Source: Tubulanus polymorphus (taxonomy: Eukaryota > Animalia > Nemertea). From it: DNA of 64,000 bases. A model generated the notes under the pieces. It saw only the letters and a list, made by a program, of their open reading frames with translations. It was not told the origin of the DNA and searched no databases. The translations under genes were made by a program, and so were the position numbers. Shown here piece by piece: positions 52,390 through 63,998 of the stretch. The stretch covers positions 18,545,910-18,609,909 of the forward strand of contig NC_134031.1 in assembly GCF_964204645.1 (NCBI RefSeq). The letters are read 5' to 3'. The number at the start of each line of letters is the position of its first letter. The stretch's first letter is position 1.

Positions 52390-53553
52390 ATGACATCTCT
52401 GTTTACCGGCGTATCGGGAATCATTCTGCTGATATTCACCCCGATCGGGATAGTTCTGAACATACTCAGCGCTGTACTGCTCGCCTATGAAATCCGGCAC
52501 GCCCGCATGCGAGCTAGCACGTCCCAAACGACACTATTACTAAGCCTGTCCGTTGCGGATGGGGCGTTCCTGACATTTTTGCTTCTGACGACAATTTGTT
52601 TCGTATGCGAACAGGCGATATTCGGATTGGTAGTTCTGTTCCTGATGTACTTGTTCTACTCCATCTCAAGGTGGATAGTGGTCAGTGTTAACATGGACAG
52701 ATATCTCGGCATCAGACACACGATATGGGCGAGAATGTATTGCACAAGATCAACGGCTAGATTTCAGATATTTCTGATGGTGGGTCTCGGCGTCTTGGAG
52801 TCGAGTGTGGCGATAACATTGATGAGTCTGGGAATGATTTCTGGCGTGTTCATCTTACAGATCGTCCGCGGTCTGATCACCTGCACGGCTGTGGTCGTTT
52901 TAAACGTCAGTCTGGTTGTGTTCGCGGCATCACCCCCCACGACGCCGACGACACCCACCGCGGCGCCACATCAGACGGCTTCCTGGACCACACCGCTCAA
53001 AACAGGGCAAAAGAAGACCGCCGCTAGTCGTAGGGAAAGCGAACGCTCGGCTACTGGAGTCCAGGGTATTACGTCGAGAACGACTAAACGCCTCCTGGCG
53101 GTGTCGATATTGTTCATACTTTGTGAATCGCCCTGTTTAATTATAAGCTGTTACTATTTGTCTCATTGTTACGATGGGTCAGACCACCATAAAGCATCTC
53201 TTCCATACCCTTCAAACTCAACTGATATTGGGCTGAATTCAATCAGTAGTAACCTCGCAAACCTTACAACAATACCGTGGACAACAGACTTTAAGGACGA
53301 TAACCGGCTGAATTCAACCTTCACAGACTCTACGCCTAAGGCTTCCGGAGATGCGACTGTTTGCGATGTATTTTTCGGAATCGTTTGTGCCCTGGCCGTG
53401 TTGGCCGTGACGGATTCGTCGTTGAACTTCTTCCTGTACTGTCTAGCCGGGGAATCTTTCAGGAAGAATTTCGTTAAAGTTTTCATCCGGCCGCTGAGGT
53501 GCTGTCGTAGACAAACCGTTTCTAATAATGGCCATCCTCCAATTCGAGGCTAA
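52390..53553 (+). CDS. Intronless orphan GPCR, copy B2 (387 aa; ancestral N-terminus frameshifted)
   Basis: Near-identical to B1 from MTSLF onward. The homologous upstream ATG at 52253 reaches TAA at 52349 because of a 10-bp deletion. The duplicated block includes about 330 bp of upstream DNA. Confidence 0.82.
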   Translation: MTSLFTGVSGIILLIFTPIGIVLNILSAVLLAYEIRHARMRASTSQTTLLLSLSVADGAFLTFLLLTTICFVCEQAIFGLVVLFLMYLFYSISRWIVVSVNMDRYLGIRHTIWARMYCTRSTARFQIFLMVGLGVLESSVAITLMSLGMISGVFILQIVRGLITCTAVVVLNVSLVVFAASPPTTPTTPTAAPHQTASWTTPLKTGQKKTAASRRESERSATGVQGITSRTTKRLLAVSILFILCESPCLIISCYYLSHCYDGSDHHKASLPYPSNSTDIGLNSISSNLANLTTIPWTTDFKDDNRLNSTFTDSTPKASGDATVCDVFFGIVCALAVLAVTDSSLNFFLYCLAGESFRKNFVKVFIRPLRCCRRQTVSNNGHPPIRG

Positions 53554-54079
53554 CCGACCGATTTTTGAATGCAGAGAAGGAATCATTTATTTCCCGTTAA
53601 AAACTTTTCGCGTGTTTATGTTTACATTCACATTGGCGACGTTGACCTTAGTGGTCACTCCAACCTCGTGTTATGACTGTTTATTCCCTTCGCGGCCGGA
53701 GGATCATCTAACGAAGAATGGTATTTTTCTCTATGAAACTAATGACTGTGACATGTTAACCGCCCATAACCTTAATTTGCTGAAATTCTCAATTATGTTA
53801 CATGATTATATATGCATGTGTTAAAATATTTTTGAATGTTTACTGATACTTTCATAAATTACCTTTCTATGTGCTATACCTATCATTGATTGTAGACACT
53901 TTAAGCTAATATGATTTTAGACATTCATAATTATGTCAAATATGTTACAAACACAACGCAATGCATGTTGAAATTCAAATTAGACGATCGCTTATCATTA
54001 TACTCAGTATACGTTAAATTGCCTTCTTGGATTTCATGTATAACGCTTAATTACTTTAAATTTTCCTCCCATTGCATAA

Positions 54080-54660
54080 AAACGAATTGGAATCAATTCT
54101 GAAATAACATCTCACAAAGAAATATAATTTTGATTACCGGTAAATTGAGAAGTTTGGTGGTCTTATTCGAGAGATATTACGTATGTTGGAATTAATTCCA
54201 AAAATATTTTTTATCTCACGTCCCTAGGACGAAGATCCGTACATCACGGATATTGTGATCTCTTCAGCTGTAAGTCTGCCGTGTGTGTACCCAACCCTCA
54301 GTGAATGGCGCGAAGTCTGGACTAACCCGTTTTTTTCAAAGTCTAAAATCTAAGCTTCAGACATGATACCATAATTCATTTCCGAAGAAAAATGTCCGGG
54401 GGTACTGCGACGTGCCACAGGGGGCGGTGACGCCTCGCCGGATGAACATGTTTTGAGGAAAAATGTTGAATGTCTGTTGAACGTCTGACAAATAGCAAGT
54501 TGATATCTGCATTAATGAATTAAAACTGGGTTCGAAATACCGAATATGAACCTCGGACGCGGGATTCCCCGTTTATCATCATTTTTACGATGTACTTCAT
54601 CAGTTTGTAATAATGTAGAACACGCGTCCTTATCTAGAAAACAAACTACAAAAGCATATG
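54080..54660. repeat. ~500-bp duplicated non-coding block (copy 2)
   Basis: Direct repeat of 51380-51900. Confidence 0.85.
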
Positions 54661-54850
54661 AAGTAAAACAGTCGTTTATTATTCCCAGATATCTAATTTC
54701 ATGCTTATAAAAACTAAATATTATTTCTTATAAAAACAACATAGAGTACATTAACAAAATGTTCAATGACTACGGATAAAAGACACCATAGTCGTCTTCC
54801 GCACATGACGAGGTGCCTAAAGAAATCAATTGATATCGTCAAAAGATCAG

Positions 54851-55020
<170 letters not shown>

Positions 55021-55834
55021 GTCAAATTTAAGATTTCTTAAGACTTTCAGCTGAATCAAAATAAAAACTTTCTTCTTTCAAAATACGAGTCGGAACATTT
55101 TTGATGGGGACAGTTTAGCATCAACTGAAAAACTTTACCCAGTATTATTTCAAATGAATTCGAGTTTTTTTGTACTTAAACTTAAAATAACATAAAAATG
55201 TACAATGTTACTAAAATACAGAAAGCTTTAACAATTACTACATATTTTTCAATAAAATCAAATATGCTTATTCTAAAACAACATCAAATAGAATTTACAA
55301 GGCAATATTTTACAATCAGCGCAGGAGCGAGTGAGAAGGAAGAGAGCCAGTGGAAAGAACAACAGTCAATAGAGTTCTTGTCAATAAATCTTAGCTAGCA
55401 GGAGGCACATATATCACTTCGAATCTGAGCTATGCTAACGTTTAAAGGGCTGGCTGTTCACAAAGTACAGAAAAAACCTCAACTTCCTTGGCCTAGATTT
55501 CTAAGTATTATGGAGCTCCTAGAGAAAGGAGTGGTCAAATTTTGACCATCTCTCATGCATGCCTTCATATTTGATGGATCACCCTTGTGAAGCCACATTT
55601 AACCACAATGAATATCTGTAGCTAGCTTGCAGCAACATTGCAAAACGTCTTATAATATTACAACATTACAGTACGTGAGAACATGGAAAATATATTTCCA
55701 ACATAGACCCAGTTTTATAGACTAACGGTAGTTCACCGTTGATAAAACACTCTATCAGTGACGATAAAATAAGGAGAATCTCACAAAAATAATGAAAGAC
55801 AAAGTCCGAATTATTATATTAAATTTTTTTTTTC

Positions 55835-55956
55835 TCTCGAGCCGGTTGTTTATTTGACGTTTCAACTATATTCTAATAGCCGTCTTCAGCATTCGGTATT
55901 CCAGTGATGACTATTAGAATATATTCCAAACGTCGAATAAACTAGTGGCCCTAGAA
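55835..55956. ncRNA. Inverted pair of minimal hammerhead-like motifs
   Basis: Minus strand 55856-55889 CTGAAGA-cGGCTATtagaatATAGTT-GAAACGTC then aaataaa; degenerate inverted plus-strand copy at 55901-55941. Stem I is not evident. Confidence 0.5.
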
Positions 55957-55966
55957 AACAAAGATA

Positions 55967-56271
55967 CAGTGAAACCCGCTTAATTTGGATCAGTTTGATT
56001 TTCGTCTCCCAAGTACAGTTGAACCTTCACAACAGACACTAAGGGTACACTATGATCGAGGAGCGAAGGATATTACTGTGGGGACAGCCACTGCCAGGAC
56101 CGGGGTGAAGTTGACCTCGTTCTGTTAAAGGTGAAACCACGTGTTTACTGATGATTTTCAGCATGTCCCAGCTAAGATATTTACATCAATCAAGATTTTG
56201 ATAATACGAAACTTGTTTAATCCGACAATTTCACTTTAGCCCACAAGATTTGTATTACCGAGGTTCCACTG
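55967..56271. mobile_element. Tc1/mariner-pogo-type MITE
   Basis: ta|cagtgaaacc ... ggttccactg|ta, with TA duplication. Confidence 0.6.
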
Positions 56272-56489
56272 TACTTATCACCCATCAATTCATAAATGTA
56301 TGCATTATGTAAATGTCTTATTTGGATTTCTCATAAACCAATATCGCATCTGATCCGAATTGAACCGGTTCAAGAATACATCATTTTACCCAATTTCCCA
56401 CGCACGGAAATTCTCTGAGACATCAAGTTTTTTACGCGATAAATATCGTATCAATCAATAAATCTCTGACATTCTTCTTACACCTGTCA

Positions 56490-59400
56490 TCAATCACTGC
56501 GAAAATCTGCAGACGCCGCGTGAGCTCCCTCGGCGAGTTCGGCGTTGTGACCGCTGACGAGCGACGGGTCGCGACCGACCGCTCCAGACGGACCGCTAAC
56601 GAGAGCGTGATTCGCACCCTTCGCTAAACTCGACTGGTGACCTTGAACCTCGACGTAATGTTCGCTGAAAAACGGAATCAATTCATCAGTTATAGAAGGT
56701 GGAGAATTCCAGAGCATCGGGACAAGTGAATTCCAAAGCAACTCAGATCTGATCAACCCAAGAACACTTTCACCCAAAACCGTTTGGAACAACTTTATCA
56801 ACAGGACAAGAAACGGAGCTGCAATTACAGGGTCAGGAGTGATATTTTACAAATTAACAACAAAATTTGTAAGCTAATGGAATTAATTAGATGTTCGAGT
56901 TTGGCGCTTACATGAGTAGATCTCTATCGGGACCTTTAGGTAGAGTAGGATCCGGTCCGTTAGCTGCACTTCTGTTTTCAGATCTATAGCCATCTAAATC
57001 AGTTACGAGCACATCAACACGAATAGGTCTGAAATAAACATCGAAAAAACAATATCAGTTTACGCATATTACAAACATCTGGTTTCAACGTCCTGCACCA
57101 GATTTCACAGTTTTGAGTCAGGATTTGTCTCATTGAAAGTGAACTCAACTCCTAACTCATAACTGTGGAACTGGATCCTCAAGTCCTCAATAGATATCCT
57201 CTATTCCAGAATAGTATTTTCTGTAAACCTGATAGAAGCGGCTGGTAGAGAAGCGGCCAATAGAGAAGCAGCCGATAGAGAGTTTGTAATCCGGAATTGA
57301 TATTCCTAAACCGGAACCTGCCTCAGTTTTACTAACAGCTCGCGTGGAACTCGTGTCAAACTGATAAATTGAGTACAAACCCTGAAGCCGTGTGTGTTTT
57401 ATCTCTGTTGATATTAACAGGTGAAGGAGTGCGTCTTGATATCAGTGAATTAGCAGTATTCGGACGACTGGAGCTCGTCGATTCAGAGATACCCGGATAA
57501 TCAGACGACGAAGAACTGTGAATCAGCGAACGAAAGAAAAGAGAAACATGAATAGTTTTCACAACAATAACATTCCAATAAGTTTCCAATGCCGAATTCA
57601 ACAAACCTGGGTCTATTTTCCGGTGTTGGAAATGAAACATTAACCGCTGTTACTGAAGCCGGTGCATCTGAAATGAATTAACAATTTATGAAATTCATCG
57701 GAAATCTAGTTACGTTCACAGATAATTTCTAGAATTACAGGTACCTGGTCCCGAAGCCGAGGCTGGCGAAGCTGGTCGCGGTGAAGATGACTGGGTAGTT
57801 GCGCGGTGCGCTGGGCTACCGGCTCCGGATGACTGTCTATTCCGTGCAGTCCTGAAAATAATCATAAGACTAATTTATCGATGGGGATCTAATTCTACAG
57901 AGTCATCGGTTTAGATTTGACTCCTGAGTTAAAACACCGGAACCATAGGAGAGATGAAGGGGTTAGTTTTAATATACCTGCTCTCTTCAGGACTACTCAT
58001 TGATTTCAATAAGATATGAGTCTTCGCTTCGTCGAACTCAGAAACTTCCAGAGCCATTTCAATTATTGTAGCAGCCAGTTCACTGTACTGTTTCTTAAAC
58101 TTCTCTGTCACTTGAACAATAGATACATTTCCTGTATTTAATTGTCTTCAGGGCGAAGCATGAACAAAAATCTTAAATTTTTGGGGCATAAAAAACACCG
58201 AATTAAAGATTCGTAATTTTTCTTCACTATTTACATCTTTTCTTCTCGGTTTCAGAAACTTGCAGTTTCGGAGTCGGACTCGGTGTCACGCGCTTCGCAG
58301 GAGAACTGGCTCCGGTCGAACCCGCTGAAGATCTAAAAACCAAAAAAAAATAAACGTTATCAAATCGAGAACAGGAGTTTCTGCTATGTACAAATTAGTG
58401 ATTAAAAATCTTCGTGCAGCTACGTACCCAGCTTGTGAAGAGGTGACAGTGGTTCTCTTAGGAGGGCTATGCTGCTGCTGCTGCTGGCTACTGCTAGCAT
58501 ACCCAAGTTGTCCAAGTTGTCTACGAGCATTAGCCACATTACCATCAGCACTAAAAACACAGAACATTTTATACTTAGCCGTGTTGCAACACAGAACGAC
58601 ATAAAGGGGCCATTTTTAATCGGGACCTCGTCACTCTCAATGGCTTCAATGATTCAGTAAAATTATGAAAAGCATATCTCATTCACAAAGATTCAGATCG
58701 ATTCAGTATAAATTAAATACTTTGTCCAAGGTTAAAGCAGCAGCATTTAAATTCCGCACCACAAGCAACGCATCGGACCCAATGTATCACAGATTTGTTG
58801 AAGCTCAAAACATTGAGTTTAAACAACTGTTTAGATCTGATTTATATATTTATGATTTCAATGAAAGCAGGGCCAAGAGGGTAACAAACAGGAACATGCA
58901 CATAATCAACCAGTTATCAAGCGACTATTACTAGTAAAGGCTCTGGACTATAGACCAAGTCAAACCTACTAATCCATTAGTAAAACTATGAGGCACAAAT
59001 CCATCCATAGATCTAAGCAGCGAAGATGAAATGTAATCTAGTTCAAGTATAGAATATGTTTATTGTAAAACAGTGTGTTATGAAAGCGATTAAAGTTAGT
59101 GAAGTAATTTCAGTGTTTTTCTCTCGTACGCGATCAGAGCTGCTTGAATGATATCGACATCGACTTTAGGAAACTGAGACTTCAAACGCATCACGGTTTC
59201 CATCTTAATAGATCCGGTACGCGTCGGGAATCGCTTCGTCGGATTCGTTTCGAGTTCTCGAGCGGCGGCGGCTAACGACAATTTCTGCCTGAAAAATAAA
59301 ATCGTCATCGCAGAAATGAAATAAAAAATTGTATTGAGAATTTGGCAGCAACTTGACATTTCATCCCTCAACCAAGCCAAACTCAAGGCAATATAAGCAG

Positions 59401-62400
59401 GCTTGAGGAGGCTTTATTCATAATTTCAAATTGGAGAGAAGAGAGAGAAAAACCTAATCTACCGTTCTTGCAATATAATTATATCAGACTTACACATATA
59501 AGACAGTATTGATCATATCCAATGACTCTAAAGGGAATCTACTCTTCAACTCTCCCGATAGACTGTTCAATTTACGCAATTTAGCTCGAGTTTTCGAATC
59601 ATCGAATCCACAACTAGAAACAATAATCAAAACGGTGTCATACGGAAACCAAACAGGAGTTTAAATCAATTGATTTCGAACGTTTAAACGGTTAAGTCAA
59701 ATTTGAAAACAGGATCCTCTGTTGTTCCGTAGTTTGACATTGAAATTTGACTCAAGAGTTCAAATAATTGAAAGCATTTTACTCCACAACAGGTTTTAGA
59801 GGGGCGGCCACCCATTTCATTTTACATCCACCCATCTGAGAATCAAGCACCCCTTAAAAAATATCTGCTGCCCATACCTGAGTGGATGTTAATATTCTAT
59901 CAATGCTGATAATTGCTTTGAAATATATTGAGCAGTGAAAAATAGAAGATTCCACCAAAATTAAAGTTAATTTTCGTTTTGCTACTTCAGCTGCCACGAT
60001 GTCATTACGCAGCCCCTTTAAAATTCCATCACGGAGAACACTGGTAAATGAGCTAATTTGAGTCAAATTTGAACTGAGAACTGTTTGAAATTGATCCTGA
60101 ATATTTGAATACTTACCCTTCAAATATGTCGTTTACGACGTACGCGTTTGTTATATTAGAATATTGCGAGAGATTGAAACGTTTCCAAGTACTGTTAATC
60201 AGTTTTCCGGACGGCATGGCGGAGCTACCCTTCGCGGCGGAGCTGCCCTGATCAGCGTACCACGGATTAGACCGTAGACTCTTCATCGTGTCCGACTCAC
60301 TGTTATTATTCCTGCGGAAAAACCTTCGATTCTACCCTGAACTCGACAGTCCCTTTTTCATGCAATGCAATCTCATTTCATCCGAATTATTTGAAATACA
60401 TTCGTTTTCATAAATGATTAAATATTTGAACTTCAAATGCTTCCAATGAGCGAGAGAGCAAGGGTTATATTTCTCAAAAGCAAATCAACGAACAAAATGC
60501 GTATTCAACATGCTTAGTTTCAACTGACTGTCTATAATTCAATTGAAAAACCCCACAAATATGAAGTAGAGATCAAGAGAGTAGTGACGTTTCAACTCAT
60601 TTCTCTGAGCAATCATCAGAACTATAAGAGTAAACTAAGTTTTATGAGCCATTTACAAAACTAAACGAGTAGTGACGTTTAGACTTAATTCTACGATTCA
60701 ATTTTGTTTAGTCACTATTCTCTTAGTTTTGAAAAAGGGCACAAAGAATTGAGTCTAAACATCGCTACACTCTTAGTCTCTACTTCACAACCGTGGATTT
60801 TTCCTTCAACAAGTAGCTTGTTAAGTAACGATAAATCATCGAATTCTGAGTAATTCAACAAGCAGCATCTAATGATTGCAGAAAATCATCTCAGAATTGA
60901 ATGATTGGCAATAATCGAGGAGGAATTGAATGTTTCTCTTACGCTGCCAGACGTTTTTGAATCAGTGAAACTGGCACAGAAGGACTCTGCTGCATTACGC
61001 CTTCAGCTTCAAACATCTGACGAAGATTCTTGCGAGCTTCACTTTCATAGTTGTTACACCTAACAGCATCAAATCAACCATCAATACATCATCATTCCTT
61101 AGCAACATCTACATTTCTGAATTACTTTATATCATTATCATGTTTTTTTTGATGATGAAGTTTAATCAAAACTGAGAAAACTGTCCGAATAAACTGTTAC
61201 ATCATTAACTGTGGGTTTTGCTCATTAACTCTGAATACCGGTACTAAGATAAATACAGTGAATACCAGTCAAATTAAAACATGTGTGATCCTATTTTCAG
61301 CTCATTTGAACCCACATTATTCCACAGTAGTCAGTTGAGTTCGAATAAGGTTTTGATCTAAATAGGGATTGTCTGACTTATCTATAAGATTGATTAACTA
61401 ATTGATTTGATTTGACGTCCCTTACTTTTCCACCCGTTACACCTGCCAGGAGCGAAAACACGAATCTCGGATTTTGAAATCGGAAATCAAAGTTCAGCTA
61501 TTATAGGCGGATGGTTGGTCGAATGAACGGAATGTTTTGTTCGGTCAAAGTACATAACTCGAAATAGTGGAACCTTAACTCATGTGGAACTGAATTCAAG
61601 ATAATTTTACAGATCGGGATGCGAGGGTTGAGGGGTTGAGGGATTGAGGGGTCGAGGGGTTGAGGGGTCGAGGGATTGAGGGGTCGAGGGGTTGAGGGGT
61701 ACTCACGAGGATAACACGTCCTGTATCAGCGACTGCTCGGCAGACGGGAATTCCCGTTTTAATCTATTCACCGCCGGGTTCGACGTCGATTGTTGCTGGT
61801 TGTCGACGGTCTCCTGGTATCCGTGCAACTTTAGATCTCTGATCGTAGCTTCTTTATCGTTATTATTCCTAGAACACAAAATGCATGAATATGATTGAAG
61901 TCAGTAGATAAAATAAACCTTAGGTTTCGCGTATAAGTCCCATTTCTTGATTTGAGTATAAATACCAGAAGAAACGTACTTGGCGAGACATTTTTTCAAG
62001 GCGCCATCTGGTGCCGAAGCGAACATCGATTTCAGCGTCGCGAAAGTGAATTCGTCAATTTGAATGAAACTTGTTTCCTAAAATAAACAACAACAGTTCG
62101 AAAATTAGTCTAGTTTAAACTAAGCTCAATTTTAGCGGTTTAGTTCCTAAATTGTACTTTCGTTTGATGTAGCTCAGGGGCTGCAGTTGTTCAACTATTG
62201 GTTAGAAATAACCAGCAGGTTAAAATACCATAGCAACAATGAAACTTTTAACCAACTTTTTTAAGCAACTGGCCCCTGGTTTTGTTCGCAGTTTTCTTTT
62301 AAGGTTCTTACATCGTCATCGTCATCTCCGCCATTTGCAGCCCCCAACTGGTGAAGAGGAGTGTCTGTCGACTGAAAATTGAAAAGAACGTCTCAATTCG

Positions 62401-63586
62401 TAAATACGCTATAGAAGAAACCTATACGCGGGGAAGCATGGAAGCGAGCATCCTCCCACTGCAGGGACTCGAACCTGATGGCATCGCTACACTCAGCCAC
62501 GGCACGAACCCCATCCTCCCTCTGCAGGGACTCGAACCTGATGGCATCGCTACACTCAGCCACGGCACGAACCCCATCCTCCCGCTGCAGGGACTCGAAC
62601 CTGATGGCATCGCTACACTCAGCCACGGCACGAACCCCATCCTCCCTCTGCAGGGACTCGAACCTGATGGCATCGCTACACTCAGCCACGGCACGAACCC
62701 CATCCTCCCTCTGCAGGGACTCGAACCTGATGGCATCGCTACACTCAGCCACGGCACGAACCCCTGCATCAGTAGACCGGGTGCGCAGGTACATGCGCAG
62801 CTTTCCGAACGAAAACTTGCGGCACCAATCAGATCGCTCGTTGTATAATCGTTGAGGCAAATTTCAAGGAAGAACTATAAATGGGAAAACCCGGGCTAAA
62901 ATAAAACGGGATTTCTGATTGGCTAAAATTCACATCATCTGAACTGCGCATGTATCTGCGCACTCGGTCGATTATGGCAGGGTTTCGTGCCGTGGCAATC
63001 TCGATGCCATCAGGTTCGAATCCCTGCCGGGGGAGGATGGGAAGCGAGCGGTGTGTTTGAAGGTGGGGTACAAGCAGGATATGAAAATTTCATTGTCTGA
63101 TCAGTGAAATAAGATGACGATTCATTCACATCTACAGTTTAAGATTCAAACTTGATCCCCGGATTGCATCATAAATGATAAATTTGCATCAAACAGGACA
63201 ACCATCGAACCGGATGTTGGATGCAGTTCCATAGCTCTCGGTTTCAAATATGACCATGACAGGGTGGCCCCTTTCCACAAAATAATAAATTCCCTGATTC
63301 TTCCATTTCATAATGGAAAATTACCCACACGAATCTGAGGAATTTCATTTAAAATGTTACAATTCATATATTTCTTATTAATCACGTATTGAGATTCCCT
63401 GATTTTTTTCTAGAGTTTTCCAGCATTTCCAGGTCAGTGGCCACCCTGCGTATAAATCGAACACAATTAACTCACATTGATTACCTGCATTCCGTGAGTT
63501 GTAACATGTCCGGATGTTTTGGGGAAATATTGCTGAGCAGCGGGTTGAGGGTGTGCAGCTGCTGCGGCCTGCTGCTGCCGATTGGC
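56490..63586 (-). CDS. Multi-CUE/UBA-like repeat protein with C-terminal Gly-Pro repeats; 5' end lies beyond the window
   Basis: Phase-consistent GT-AG exons 63485-63586, 62312-62371, 61980-62077, 61707-61868, 60943-61059, 60117-60311, 59494-59613, 59130-59288, 58428-58550, 58235-58332, 57978-58110, 57745-57851, 57607-57667, (57381-57515 optional), 56912-57028, 56490-56664. Repeats such as LKREFPSAEQSLIQDVL, LKSRFPLESLDMINTVL, LKSQFPKVDVDIIQAAL. Confidence 0.85.
60582..60624 (-). ncRNA. Minimal hammerhead-like motif inside an inverted-repeat remnant (about 60545-60810)
   Basis: Minus strand tagtt-CTGATGA-ttGCTCAgagaaaTGAGTt-GAAACGTC-acta; partial direct copy at about 60667 and inverted copy at about 60745-60790. 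Confidence 0.5.
61623..61700 (+). repeat. G-rich 9-bp minisatellite (GAGGGGTY)n
   Basis: About 9 copies of gaggg(g/a)t(t/c), starting a few bp inside the intron from the 61707 donor. Confidence 0.9.
62449..63039. mobile_element. Mutator-like MITE with 9-bp TSD; left TIR contains a 5x 63-bp tandem amplification
   Basis: ggaagcgag|CATCCTCCC ... GGGAGGATG|ggaagcgag; ~95-bp imperfect TIRs; five 63-bp units at 62449-62763. Confidence 0.88.
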
Positions 63587-63736
63587 CTAAAGATAGAAAC
63601 AATCATGAAAAAATTAAAGCAAAGCTTTGATTAAAATAGCAAATTATCGACATGATCAACATGTGATCAACCACTCTAATAACAACAAATATCTAATATA
63701 TCGTGACATCACTTTCTATAATCAAGATAATAATTG

Positions 63737-63998
63737 ACCCTTTCAGTGCCGACTAATTAATACTCGAAAGTGCTAGAGATAATTTTTAAAGATTCCAGCC
63801 CAATGTGCTGAATAACAGTGCATCTACACCGCGGCGCAGTATATTGTTAGTTACTAATATTTCCATATGCTTGACAGATTCTGCCATCTTTCAATAGAGA
63901 TAAGAAACTAACAACATCAATACACCGTGATGCGGTGTATAAGCAAAGTCCATCACCGGTTTATAAACCGCACTGTGGTGTAGACGCACTGAAAGGGT
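63737..63998. mobile_element. piggyBac-like MITE
   Basis: 13-bp TIR accctttcagtgc / gcactgaaagggt; TTAA flanks are degenerate. Confidence 0.6.

Noticed and set aside
48052-53486. Antisense ORFs 48052-48369 and 53169-53486, present in both GPCR copies
   Set aside because: Their conservation is explained by the recent duplication of the sense gene.
62351-62860. Repeat-protein ORFs on both strands
   Set aside because: They arise from a stop-free 63-bp tandem repeat inside a TSD-flanked MITE in an intron.
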